Origin: Candidatus Pacearchaeota archaeon
GTDB lineage: Archaea; Nanobdellota; Nanobdellia; Pacearchaeales; GW2011-AR1
Assembly (NCBI GenBank): GCA_016866995.1
Contig: VGKQ01000005.1
Span: 1 to 53,092, forward strand
Direction of reading: 5' to 3'
Length of the DNA: 53,092 bases
In this document: positions 37,542 to 46,541 of the stretch, in pieces
Layout of the letters: the number at the start of each line of letters is the position of its first letter
How positions within the stretch are numbered: the stretch's first letter is position 1
The notes under the pieces: generated by a model
Database searches by the model: none
What the model was told of the DNA's origin: nothing
The model's input: the letters and a program-made list of their open reading frames with translations, nothing else
Program-made: the position numbers and the translations under genes

Positions 37542-38914
37542 GCAGGATGCATGTCAACTGCGTGCTGTTGTGATATGGAATTATAATACTGATAAATAAT
37601 CATTACTGCAAGCAGGACAGATGTTCCAGAAACCATTGCCCCAAGCGTATCAGCAAAAGCAGCCAGCAATCCTATTGCAGCCCCTCCCATTACTGTCAGA
37701 GGAACAATATATCTGTCAAGCACAGATTCAAGAATTCTTTCATCTTTTCTGAATCCAGGAATCTGCAAGCCAGAACCAATAATATTCTTGGCTTGTGATG
37801 AAGCATCCATGCCAGATGTTTTCATCCAGAAATATGCAAACAAGCACGAAAATGCCATATAAAACAGAATATGAGTTAATCCCTGGATAATATAAATGCT
37901 TCTTAACCCTCCTTTTATTGCTAGTCCTACAATATTTGTATGTGAAAGCCAGAATGCCAAGCCAGAAACAGCCTGCCCCCCTGAAAAGCTTCCAAGCCAT
38001 GTTGCATGCCCTGCCCAGTTTTCAATTAATCCAGCAAAAAGCTGGAGATTTGCAGCAAGTGCAGCAACAAGTATTACTGGGATTACAGAAGCATAAAAAA
38101 AAGCAAGCGGCCACTTTATTCCATATCCTCTTAGCCTGTCAAATGAAAGAGGCACCTCTATTTTAAGAGATTGAGCATACACAACAAATAAAAATATTAT
38201 TGCTGTAACAAATATTGCAGCAATCGCGCCTGCAGCCCCGGTTATATCCTGGTTTATTATACTCTGAATAAGCGAAAATATTTGCCCCGGGCATGATATA
38301 AAATCAGTGCCAGAAAATTTCAACAGGCAGTTTCCTCCCTGTTGTCCTATAAACTGAAACATTTCTGTAAAAATTCTCCACCCCACCCCCGCAACAATAA
38401 ATAATGAGACGCCCTGCCCAAAACCCCATTTCTGTACAACCTCGTCCATAAATACTATTACTAATCCTCCAAGTATCAGCTGAAATATCACAATTCCTGT
38501 ATACCCCGGAGCAGCCTGCAGCCCTTTCATCAATACATAAATTGCTGCCTCAAAGAGAATAAAAAAGAAAACAAGAAGTTTCTGCAATCCCTGAAAGTAT
38601 TTTTTTCCTTCTTCTGTTTTTGTGTCTATATTAAGAATTTTGCTTCCCACAAGCAATTGAAGTATAATTGATGCCATAACAATGGGCCCTATCCCCAGCG
38701 AGATAATTGAACCAAAATCAGTTCCAAGAATTACTGCAAGATACTGAAACCTTTCAAGCGAGTTTTTTTCCAATCCATATAATGAAATATTTGCAAGAAC
38801 AAAAAATGCAAGCAGAACTATTAAAGTCCATTTTAGCTTTACATTGAAGCTAAGCTTTTTTTCTACAGGCCCTCGGACTTCAGGCAGGTTTTTGAGTATC
38901 TCTTTAAATGCCAT
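37520..38914 (-). CDS. secY: Protein translocase subunit SecY
   Basis: LGIGPIVMASIILQLL, KWGFGQGVSLFI, FFYASVIP, GLQIPGFRKD, SGT..LL. Confidence 0.97.
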   Translation of the reverse strand: MAFKEILKNLPEVRGPVEKKLSFNVKLKWTLIVLLAFFVLANISLYGLEKNSLERFQYLAVILGTDFGSIISLGIGPIVMASIILQLLVGSKILNIDTKTEEGKKYFQGLQKLLVFFFILFEAAIYVLMKGLQAAPGYTGIVIFQLILGGLVIVFMDEVVQKWGFGQGVSLFIVAGVGWRIFTEMFQFIGQQGGNCLLKFSGTDFISCPGQIFSLIQSIINQDITGAAGAIAAIFVTAIIFLFVVYAQSLKIEVPLSFDRLRGYGIKWPLAFFYASVIPVILVAALAANLQLFAGLIENWAGHATWLGSFSGGQAVSGLAFWLSHTNIVGLAIKGGLRSIYIIQGLTHILFYMAFSCLFAYFWMKTSGMDASSQAKNIIGSGLQIPGFRKDERILESVLDRYIVPLTVMGGAAIGLLAAFADTLGAMVSGTSVLLAVMIIYQYYNSISQQHAVDMHPAMKKFMG

Positions 38915-39029
38915 GTTTCTAAATAGAAAATCTTGTTTTTAAAGGTTATTAGCATTTAAATTATATAAAATAAACCTTCTAACTTAACAAATTAAGAAAG
39001 TTTTTATATTATTATAAACACTTATTACT

Positions 39030-40271
39030 ATGAAAAACTCAGACAAAAAACTTCTTGCTGTTCTGATAATATGCATTCTTCTCCGCCTTGTAATTTTCTC
39101 CTTCCAGACTCCTTTTAACAATGACAAACACTTTTTAGTTGTCAGTTATATTTTTCAGAATAATGCTCTTCCTTCCCCTTTCCAGTTTGAGGAGGCGCAA
39201 CATCCTCCTTTATATTATATTTTTGCCTCTTTTTTTCTTTTTTTTGGCAGTGCAAAAGCAGTGCAGTTTTTTTCTCTCATCCTTTCAATAGGAGCATTAA
39301 TTGTATTTTTTGTTTTAATAAAAAAGCTTGATATACCTCCAAAAAACAAATTATACTGCCTTTTGTTTGCAGGACTGCTTCCACAGATGATATTCTTCGG
39401 CAATTATATCTCAAATGATTCATTGTCAATTTTTCTTGGCTCTTTGATATTTTTTCAGTCTTACATGTTGATAAAGTCTCAGTCAATTATGAATCATGTG
39501 CTTCTTGCAGTATTTCTCGGGCTTGGAATGCTGACAAAAGCAACTTTTATTTTATTTCTTCCTGTTCTTTTTGTTTTGATTATCTTTATAAACTTCAAAA
39601 ATAATCAAAAAATACTTGTTCCATGCCTGATTTTTCTTGTCATCTCCCTGGCTCTGGGAAGCTATAAGTATGTTAACAATGAAATTTTATATAAAAATCC
39701 ATTTATAAATTATCAGGAGATAAATCCCGGGTGGTTTGCGCCCCACAGAGGCACATACTCTGGCTCAAGTTCATTTTATGATATTAATATTATTAAGCTT
39801 ATAGAAAATCCGTATGTTTCTCTTGAGACAAAACACTCCTATCCCTTGATGCTTTACGGAACTTTCTGGTACCAGTATATCAAAGACTCCAATTTCAACG
39901 GCAAATCTGCAATTTTCAGCTGGCTCGGCTCTCTGATTTATATTTTGGCAATAATTCCAACGATAATTATGATTATTGGATTTTTTAGAATTGCACGAAA
40001 TCCCAGCAAAAATATTTTTGAAACATTATGCCTCCTGCTTTTCCTAACAAATTTATTTTTTATTTTTTATGCTGGAATTAAATATGATGACTGGGCATTT
40101 TTTCAGTCAAGATACTTATTCCAGTCATTTTTTTCAATTTTAATATTTCTTAATTCAGGAATTAATTTTATAAAAAACAGCAAAATCAGAAAACTTGTTT
40201 ATATTTCTCTATGCTCTTTATTTTTTCTTTTTGTAATTTATTTTGCATATGGCATCTATAATCTTTTATAA
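39030..40271 (+). CDS. GT-C-like multi-TM protein inserted antisense between rpl15 and secY
   Basis: ND.H, EAQHPPLYY, ISNDSL, GMLTKAT, FQSRYL. Confidence 0.75.
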   Translation: MKNSDKKLLAVLIICILLRLVIFSFQTPFNNDKHFLVVSYIFQNNALPSPFQFEEAQHPPLYYIFASFFLFFGSAKAVQFFSLILSIGALIVFFVLIKKLDIPPKNKLYCLLFAGLLPQMIFFGNYISNDSLSIFLGSLIFFQSYMLIKSQSIMNHVLLAVFLGLGMLTKATFILFLPVLFVLIIFINFKNNQKILVPCLIFLVISLALGSYKYVNNEILYKNPFINYQEINPGWFAPHRGTYSGSSSFYDINIIKLIENPYVSLETKHSYPLMLYGTFWYQYIKDSNFNGKSAIFSWLGSLIYILAIIPTIIMIIGFFRIARNPSKNIFETLCLLLFLTNLFFIFYAGIKYDDWAFFQSRYLFQSFFSILIFLNSGINFIKNSKIRKLVYISLCSLFFLFVIYFAYGIYNLL

Positions 40272-40334
40272 TTGGCTCTTTAACAATTATAAACTAAATA
40301 ATATTTTTTCAAATTAGTAACATTAATAGTAGAA

Positions 40335-40796
40335 TTACTTTTTCTGTTTCTCTTTAATCTGTTTTTCTTGTTCTTTATCTTCAGATTTGTTTTGCTTATT
40401 TTCTGAAAGAACAATTTTGCCGCCGGCTTTCTCAATTTTCTCCCGGGCTGATTTTGATGCGGCTTTTGCCTTTACAACAACTTTTCTTTTTATCTCTCCT
40501 TCTCCAAGTATTTTGTAATTCTCAAGATTAATTTCTGTTTCTTTCATTTTTTCAATATCAGAAACATTAATTACATTATTCATTTTTCTTTTTGTTTTTC
40601 TGGATGTAAATCCCTGCTGCCCAAAATATGGATAAAGATGTTTTATAACATAGCTTTTTCTCTGGTCTGCCCTCTTTCCAGTTCCAGACATTCCTTTTCC
40701 TCCACGATTTCCACTTCCTTTATGCTTCTTCATAGCCCACCCGCAAGTTCTTGTTCCTCTTGCTCTTGAAAATTTTCTTCTTTTCTTCAGTTTCAT
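40335..40796 (-). CDS. rpl15: 50S ribosomal protein uL15
   Basis: RGTRTCGW...GSGNRGGKGMSG, KILGEG, EKIEKAGG. Confidence 0.96.
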   Translation of the reverse strand: MKLKKRRKFSRARGTRTCGWAMKKHKGSGNRGGKGMSGTGKRADQRKSYVIKHLYPYFGQQGFTSRKTKRKMNNVINVSDIEKMKETEINLENYKILGEGEIKRKVVVKAKAASKSAREKIEKAGGKIVLSENKQNKSEDKEQEKQIKEKQKK

Positions 40797-41209
40797 GTTT
40801 TATCTCCTATATTCATAATATACTCTTTTAATTTAGGATGAAATGATGTTGTAAAATATTTTTCAAGCTCATCTGGCTTAACCCATTTTATTTCCTTGAA
40901 TTTCTCCCTAGCTTTCTCTTTTCCTCCAATAACCTCGCACAAATAATAAATTGCCAGAAAATCTTTTTTTTCAGGATATATTTTTGAAAAAACAGCCCCC
41001 AAATTTTCAACTTCCAGTCCTGTCTTTATTTTAATTTCTTTTTTTAATACTTCCTCGGGCTCTTCTCCTGAATTAACATCCCCTCCTGGAAAGCACCAAG
41101 TTAATTTTTTAATATAAGCATCATTTTCTCTTCTTCCAATTAAAATTTTTCTTGTTTTTGTATCAAAAACTATTCCAAGAACAATAACTTTAAAGTTATT
41201 TTCTGCCAT
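40793..41209 (-). CDS. NUDIX hydrolase inserted between rpl30 and rpl15
   Basis: WCFPGG...GEEPEEVLKKEIKIKTGL (degenerate Nudix box). Confidence 0.85.
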   Translation of the reverse strand: MAENNFKVIVLGIVFDTKTRKILIGRRENDAYIKKLTWCFPGGDVNSGEEPEEVLKKEIKIKTGLEVENLGAVFSKIYPEKKDFLAIYYLCEVIGGKEKAREKFKEIKWVKPDELEKYFTTSFHPKLKEYIMNIGDKT

Positions 41210-41210
41210 T

Positions 41211-41633
41211 TTACAGCATCCTCCTTATTAACTCGCAAATTTTTTCCTGATTGTCTCCTAAAACTCCGCGAGGATAGTGCAATTTTGAGTTAATTCCGCC
41301 CCGGGGAGGATGAAGAGAGAAAAAAGGCTTTAATTTAAAATCTTCAAGCTTTTTTTCAGTCTTGCTTTCCAGCATCTCGCTGGCAATTTTCTCAGCATCA
41401 ATTTTAATTTTTTTCCCTGATTTTCCTCTCTTCTTTATCAATTCAATTAAAGTTTCCTTGTCAATCTTGCCATAAGCAACAAAATTTCTAACAACTTCAA
41501 GCATCCCAAGATTTTCTGGCTTTTCAAATAAAAGAACACAAGCAAACTTCTTTCTTAATCTCATCCTGAATAAAGTTTCCTGAACTTCTTTTGGTATTTC
41601 AACCATTCCTGATATTCTTATTACAGCTATCAT
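41211..41633 (-). CDS. rpl30: 50S ribosomal protein uL30 (archaeal long form)
   Basis: MIAVIRISG, TL..MRLRK, VAYG, F.LHPPRGG. Confidence 0.95.
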   Translation of the reverse strand: MIAVIRISGMVEIPKEVQETLFRMRLRKKFACVLLFEKPENLGMLEVVRNFVAYGKIDKETLIELIKKRGKSGKKIKIDAEKIASEMLESKTEKKLEDFKLKPFFSLHPPRGGINSKLHYPRGVLGDNQEKICELIRRML

Positions 41634-41986
41634 TTTATGCTCCTGAAACCATGCCCTTCCCCCCAAGGTATTCCTACTCCTCGGGGGTTATAATCTCTTT
41701 TTATTAATTCCTGCCTAAGTTTCTCTGCCTCTTCTCTGCTGTCAAACCTCGCTGTTAAAATTAATCCCCTTGGTATATAATGATATGCCAATAATCTCCC
41801 ATTATGCTGTTTAATTAATTCTGAAACTTCAGAATTCATAGGATTTGCCTCCTCATAGGAATTAAACAATGAAAGTGTTCCTACTGAGCCAACTACCAAG
41901 GTATCATCTATAAATTTCTTTATTCTGTGCATTAATGTGGCTTCTTTTCTTGGTTTTCCTTTTAGTAATACCCTATATTCAATCAT
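41630..41986 (-). CDS. Orphan hypothetical protein (118 aa) between rps5 and rpl30
   Basis: MIEYRVLLKG...; ATGA overlaps with both the rps5 stop and the rpl30 start. Confidence 0.7.
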   Translation of the reverse strand: MIEYRVLLKGKPRKEATLMHRIKKFIDDTLVVGSVGTLSLFNSYEEANPMNSEVSELIKQHNGRLLAYHYIPRGLILTARFDSREEAEKLRQELIKRDYNPRGVGIPWGEGHGFRSIK

Positions 41987-42765
41987 CTTGCTTTTTCTCC
42001 TGCTACTTTTATCTCCATTGTTTTTTTCAAAGCAGAAATGCATGCCTTTGCAAGATTTATTGTTGAGCGAGTTTGCCCGAATGTCTTTCCATAAATATCT
42101 TTTATTCCAGCCAATCTTAAAATTTTCTTGCACTCATCTCCTACTGCAAGCCCTGTTCCCTGAGGAGCAGGAATTAATATAATTTCACTGCTTCCGCACT
42201 TTCCCTCAACTTTAAATGGAATAGAATGCATCTCGTGGCAAGAACAATCAAAACTTCCGCATCCTCTTCTTATTTTAAATATATTCAGCTTGGCATTTCT
42301 GGCTGCCTTGCTTCTTGCAGGCAGTGTTTCTTTTGCCTTTCCCAATCCAATTCCTACATGCCCGTTCTCATCTCCGACAACAGCAAGGCATGCGAATGTA
42401 GGGACATTTCCTTCTGCTGTCTTTTTCTGAGTCTGCCTCCATACTCTTCTTTTTCCTCCCCCAAATTTCCCCTTAGCCTGCCCGATTGCAAGCAAATCTG
42501 AATTCAAATTCAATAGAGAATCAGCAATTTCAGGCTCAAGAATTTTGTATTTTTCAAGAATCTCATCAATGTTTTTTATTTTTTTCTCCTTGACAAGCTT
42601 TCCAATTTTTGTTTTAGGAACCCATTTGTCAAGATTTTCTTCTATTTTCTTTTTTTCAACCATTCTAAGCCTTTCTTTCTCCAGCTCTTCTGCAGACTTT
42701 TTCTCAATCTCCTTGATTTCAGGCGCAATTATTTCAACAATATTCTCTTCTTTTTCCTCATTCAT
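41983..42765 (-). CDS. rps5: 30S ribosomal protein uS5
   Basis: WVPKTKIG, AVVGDENGHVGIG, PAPQGTGL, LAGIKD. Confidence 0.96.
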   Translation of the reverse strand: MNEEKEENIVEIIAPEIKEIEKKSAEELEKERLRMVEKKKIEENLDKWVPKTKIGKLVKEKKIKNIDEILEKYKILEPEIADSLLNLNSDLLAIGQAKGKFGGGKRRVWRQTQKKTAEGNVPTFACLAVVGDENGHVGIGLGKAKETLPARSKAARNAKLNIFKIRRGCGSFDCSCHEMHSIPFKVEGKCGSSEIILIPAPQGTGLAVGDECKKILRLAGIKDIYGKTFGQTRSTINLAKACISALKKTMEIKVAGEKAR

Positions 42766-43246
42766 TTTTTATTTTCTCCTTTATTTTTTCAAAATTTATA
42801 TTCTTCTTTAGATGTCTTCCAGATATTCTGTTTTCATCAGGAAATTCAGCATTATTTGGAATATCTATTCCTGCGTCAATTAATCCTTTCAAGAAAGCGT
42901 AAATTTTTGATTTTTTTGTATTTCTAATCAATCCTATATCTAATGCTGCTTTTATTTTTCCCTCTTTATCAATAATTTTTCTTCCGAGAAGCAAGCCAGT
43001 CAAATAGCAGGCTGGCAGAGATTTCAAGCTTCCTGCTGCTTCTTTTGGCCATCCATATTTCAAAAGTATTCTTGATTCAATTCCTCTTGAAACAAAATCC
43101 TGCGCTTCCTTGCTCTTTACATACTGCCCTATAATATACTTGTTTGTTTTCCTGAATATAATTCTTCCTGCTTCTGATTTTAAAAGCCTCATTCTCTTCT
43201 TATAATCTGTTTTTCCTTCTATTCTTCTTCTTTTGTTTATTTTCAT
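42758..43246 (-). CDS. rpl18: 50S ribosomal protein uL18
   Basis: RRRIEGKTDYKKR, RKTNKYI, ACYLTG, LDIGL, DAGIDIP. Confidence 0.95.
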   Translation of the reverse strand: MKINKRRRIEGKTDYKKRMRLLKSEAGRIIFRKTNKYIIGQYVKSKEAQDFVSRGIESRILLKYGWPKEAAGSLKSLPACYLTGLLLGRKIIDKEGKIKAALDIGLIRNTKKSKIYAFLKGLIDAGIDIPNNAEFPDENRISGRHLKKNINFEKIKEKIKNE

Positions 43247-43290
43247 TTTATATTCCTGCAATTTAATTTTTGCACAAATTTTATTTTCAT
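43243..43290 (-). CDS. 15-aa mini-ORF MKIKFVQKLNCRNIK bridging rpl19e and rpl18
   Basis: ATGA overlaps at both ends; flanked by a 16-bp direct repeat (43236-43251, 43280-43295). Confidence 0.5.
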   Translation of the reverse strand: MKIKFVQKLNCRNIK

Positions 43291-43673
43291 TTTATTATCT
43301 CTTTCATATGAGCCTTGCTTTTAAACACTCTTGCTCTTATCTGCTTTCTTGTTTTTTCATATTTTTTCTTGTCAATTTTCTTTTGCAGTTTCAATTGCCT
43401 TGCGTACTCTCTCAATTTTCTTGTAATTTTTACATAATTTTGCTTCCTGCTTCTTATTTTCTTTTTTATTTTCCCAAAACTCCTTATTTTTCTCTTCTCA
43501 ATTTTTCTCTTCCCTTTATTCTCTTTAATGACTATTGCTCCTGAAGAAACAAGATCACGAATATCTTGCTTTGTTATTGCTTCTTTTATTTCATCAATCC
43601 TGACAAACGCTATCTTGTCTGTTCCAACATTAAATGTTCGTGCTGCCATTGATTTTTTATTTTTTAAGTTCAT
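43287..43673 (-). CDS. rpl19e: 50S ribosomal protein eL19
   Basis: K.MAA....VG, EAITKQDIR.L...GAI, FKSKAH. Confidence 0.92.
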   Translation of the reverse strand: MNLKNKKSMAARTFNVGTDKIAFVRIDEIKEAITKQDIRDLVSSGAIVIKENKGKRKIEKRKIRSFGKIKKKIRSRKQNYVKITRKLREYARQLKLQKKIDKKKYEKTRKQIRARVFKSKAHMKEIIK

Positions 43674-44007
43674 TTTCATTCCAGTCAATCATTTTTCTTT
43701 TTGCATTTTCAATTGTAAATCCTTTTGGATATCTTCCTTCAAGCTTTTTTATGTTTTCCTCCAGCACATTATCCATATCCCAATTGAAAAAATTGCATAT
43801 CATTGCAGCATACCATAATGTATCTCCTATATTTTCTTTTATTCCTGCTTCTTGATTATTGTCATGGGCAAATGTTTTTTTTATGCAGGAAGCAACATCC
43901 CCTGCTTCTCCTGTTATTCCAAGCCCCCATGTAAGTATTTCTTTTTCTCTAGTTTCAAATTTTTTTGCAGTTTTCCTGCATAATTCCTGATATTCTTTCA
44001 AGTTCAT
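43657..44007 (-). CDS. MazG-like all-alpha NTP pyrophosphatase
   Basis: EYQ, GLGITGEAGDV, KENIGDTLWY, NIKKL..RYP.GF. Confidence 0.9.
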   Translation of the reverse strand: MNLKEYQELCRKTAKKFETREKEILTWGLGITGEAGDVASCIKKTFAHDNNQEAGIKENIGDTLWYAAMICNFFNWDMDNVLEENIKKLEGRYPKGFTIENAKRKMIDWNENELKK

Positions 44008-44008
44008 T

Positions 44009-44359
44009 TTATAACCCTCTTCTACTTAACTTTAAATCTTGCTCATCATAATCTCTAGCCACTCCTTTTTCCCCTGGAGAAAAGCTCACAACATCAACAC
44101 CTATAACTCTTCCCTTTTTCATTTTTAAGACATAATCTATTTCAGTTATAGTTTCATTATTATCTCTTCTTAATGTTTGCACATGTTCTTTTCTTCTAAA
44201 CCGGTATCTTCCTATAACTAACTCTTCTGGGCTATTGCCATAGGGATATTTGGAATTGGCTATTCCTGAAATAATTGCTCCAACTACAAATTGTTCTAAT
44301 CTTGCTTCTTTTCTTAAGTCAATAACAGAATTTCTCGTTCTGTCTAATGTTGCTGTCAT
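44009..44359 (-). CDS. Orphan hypothetical protein (116 aa) after rpl32e
   Basis: ATGA overlap with rpl32e, TAAAATG junction with MazG. Confidence 0.72.
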   Translation of the reverse strand: MTATLDRTRNSVIDLRKEARLEQFVVGAIISGIANSKYPYGNSPEELVIGRYRFRRKEHVQTLRRDNNETITEIDYVLKMKKGRVIGVDVVSFSPGEKGVARDYDEQDLKLSRRGL

Positions 44360-44697
44360 TTTTTCCCTCGTAAATTTAATATTTTTACTCCAAGCTCAGA
44401 TGCCTTTTTCTCAATTTCAATTCTTTTCTTTTTCCCGATTTTTCTTACAATTACTTCTTCTCCCTTTTCTGCTTGAAGAAGTTCTTTCAAGTTTGAAACC
44501 AATCTTATCTCCTTGCTTGGAGATTTCATCCCAATTTCCGGGCGAGAAGGATATCCCTTTCTTCTTTCTCTCATTTTTGCATGCCTGCCTCTTGGCTTTC
44601 TCCATTTCTGTTTCTTTTTTCTTCCCCATCCCAGCCTGGAATACTTGTCCCAGTTTCTTCTTATGAATTTTTTTCTTTTCTTATTTTTATTTTCCAT
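44356..44697 (-). CDS. rpl32e: 50S ribosomal protein eL32
   Basis: FIRR, KWRKPRG, P.IG, IGKKKR..I...A. Confidence 0.93.
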   Translation of the reverse strand: MENKNKKRKKFIRRNWDKYSRLGWGRKKKQKWRKPRGRHAKMRERRKGYPSRPEIGMKSPSKEIRLVSNLKELLQAEKGEEVIVRKIGKKKRIEIEKKASELGVKILNLRGKK

Positions 44698-44699
44698 TT

Positions 44700-45236
44700 T
44701 TAATATTCAGGTTTCTCAATAATATATATGCCGTCCTGAAAAACCCTCCTGTCCCTGTTATTTATCTTGCAGGAATTTTCTATGTTTGCAGCTGTCTGCC
44801 CGGCTGCCTCATTATTTGAGCTTTCAACAATTATATTTTCCTTGTCAACCTTAACTTCTGCTCCTGAAACTATTTTTGCAACTCTTGGCTTCACCTCTCC
44901 TAAAAAATTCTTGATAATAACTTCATGTTTTGACTTATCTACACTAACATTCATTGGAAAATGGACAGCGCATATTCTTAATTTGTATGAAAAATTTTTT
45001 TCAAATCCAAGAATAATATTTTTTATATGTGCTTTTATTGTCTTGATTAATTTTTTTTCCTTCTTTGTTGCTTTTTTTCCTCCGAGTATAATTAAATTGT
45101 CTTCTTTCTTTGCATCAAAGCCAGAATACTCTCTTTCAGCTTCTTTTCCATTTTTCTTGATTTTTATTATTCCATTTGCTATTTCAACTTCAATTCCTGC
45201 AGGAATTTCAATTTTCTCTATAATTTCTTTTCTCAT
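44700..45236 (-). CDS. rpl6: 50S ribosomal protein uL6
   Basis: HFPM, KNFLGE..PR, AGQTAANIE, DRRVFQDGIYI. Confidence 0.96.
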   Translation of the reverse strand: MRKEIIEKIEIPAGIEVEIANGIIKIKKNGKEAEREYSGFDAKKEDNLIILGGKKATKKEKKLIKTIKAHIKNIILGFEKNFSYKLRICAVHFPMNVSVDKSKHEVIIKNFLGEVKPRVAKIVSGAEVKVDKENIIVESSNNEAAGQTAANIENSCKINNRDRRVFQDGIYIIEKPEY

Positions 45237-45610
45237 TTTTCACCTCCCTGCCTATGCCTATTATAATCCCCATCATCTTTCATGATAAAATCTAACTCTG
45301 CAATCTGTCTATCTACACGTAATAATGTCCCCCTGACTGCTTTTTCTAAAGCTTCAGGGCTCATTCTGTCCAATTGTTCTTCCAGCAGAACTCTTAAATG
45401 CCCAAGTGCCTGGCCATATGCCATATAACCTGCAAATTGCCTATCTGACATTTCTCCTTGGATAGAACCAGAGCGAATACAGCAATCTCCAATAACTCCT
45501 CTTACAGCACGCATATTTCTGTTTTTAATCCCGGGAATTATCAGAGTTTCATATTTATTCACAAACTCTCCCATAACTTCGCCAGGATTCATTAATACTG
45601 CAGTTTCCAT
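45233..45610 (-). CDS. Orphan hypothetical protein (125 aa) between rps8 and rpl6
   Basis: TAAAATG junction after rps8; ends in GGAGGTGAAAAATGA (SD plus ATGA overlap with rpl6). Confidence 0.72.
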   Translation of the reverse strand: METAVLMNPGEVMGEFVNKYETLIIPGIKNRNMRAVRGVIGDCCIRSGSIQGEMSDRQFAGYMAYGQALGHLRVLLEEQLDRMSPEALEKAVRGTLLRVDRQIAELDFIMKDDGDYNRHRQGGEK

Positions 45611-45611
45611 T

Positions 45612-45983
45612 TTAGTAAAAATAAGCAATCAGGCTTCCTCCTATGTTTTTCTTCAAGCATTCTTCATGAGTCAGTAATCCCTTGCTTGTTGTTATAATCA
45701 AAATTCCAAAATCTCTTGCAGGAAGGTATCTTCTGATATATTTTTCAATTTCCTTGCATGAAATATCAAATCTTGGTTTTATTGCCTTGCACTCGTTTAA
45801 GTTAAATTTTATCTCAAGCTCTCTTCCTTTTTTCTTGAACTCAGCAATATATCCGTGTTTTTTTGCAACTTCCAGTACATTCAGAAGAAGATTTGAGTGC
45901 CTTTTTACAATTATCTCACTCTTTCTTGCTCTCTTTGCATTCATTATCTCATTCAATGTGTCTGCTATGATATCGTGGCTCAT
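45612..45983 (-). CDS. rps8: 30S ribosomal protein uS8
   Basis: D.IAD.L..I.NA, IKPRF, YLPARDFG..I.TTSKG, GG.LIAYFY. Confidence 0.96.
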   Translation of the reverse strand: MSHDIIADTLNEIMNAKRARKSEIIVKRHSNLLLNVLEVAKKHGYIAEFKKKGRELEIKFNLNECKAIKPRFDISCKEIEKYIRRYLPARDFGILIITTSKGLLTHEECLKKNIGGSLIAYFY

Positions 45984-46249
45984 GTTACTACCTGCAACTT
46001 TTCAGGGCCTTTACCCTCCGGCCTTTTAAAGTTTCTTAAACTTTCATTTATTTTTGTCATTTCTGCAACTGAATCATAACCTCCATAAACTTCTGCTGCA
46101 TTTTTGAATCCCTGAATTAAATAATCTAATGCTAATTTATCTCTTTCTCTTACTCCCCTTGGCCCTCTAACTCTCCAAGTGCAAACATCCAATGCACTAT
46201 CAATTCCTTTTCCAAGATATCTCATCATTGTTATTAATTTGTTTATCAT
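45980..46249 (-). CDS. Orphan hypothetical protein (89 aa) between rps14 and rps8
   Basis: ORF ends with an ATGA overlap on the rps8 start. Confidence 0.65.
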   Translation of the reverse strand: MINKLITMMRYLGKGIDSALDVCTWRVRGPRGVRERDKLALDYLIQGFKNAAEVYGGYDSVAEMTKINESLRNFKRPEGKGPEKLQVVT

Positions 46250-46252
46250 TTT

Positions 46253-46309
46253 TTATGAATACTTTTTATTTTTATTTCCTAAAATCTTATAATTTACTTT
46301 TATCATCAT
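46253..46309 (-). CDS. 18-aa mini-ORF MMIKVNYKILGNKNKKYS after rps14
   Basis: Starts at the TAAAATG junction with rps14; stops 3 nt before the next ATG. Confidence 0.4.
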   Translation of the reverse strand: MMIKVNYKILGNKNKKYS

Positions 46310-46310
46310 T

Positions 46311-46541
46311 TTAGCTGTATTTCTTAAACCCAATTTCTTCAGCAATGTCCCTGAAGCACTGCCTGCATAAATTTAATCCATAGCTTGAAATATGCGCTCC
46401 AAACCTTCCGCATCTCTCGCATTTTCTCGCAGCCATTCCAAATTTTCTTTCCTTGGGCTTGTTGTGCTTTAGGAACTTCTGCCATATAATTGGCTTGCTT
46501 TTAAGCTGATTCATAAATTTTTTCCAGTCACTTGCTGTCAT
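46311..46541 (-). CDS. rps14: 30S ribosomal protein uS14 (Zn-binding, N-terminally extended)
   Basis: CERCG...YGLNLCRQCFR..A..IGFKKY. Confidence 0.96.
   Translation of the reverse strand: MTASDWKKFMNQLKSKPIIWQKFLKHNKPKERKFGMAARKCERCGRFGAHISSYGLNLCRQCFRDIAEEIGFKKYS

Noticed and set aside
43663-44010. MazG and rpl19e both begin MNLK (AAAATGAACTT), a possible target duplication
   Set aside because: Only 11 identical A/T-rich bases, and MazG-like proteins often start this way; too weak to claim
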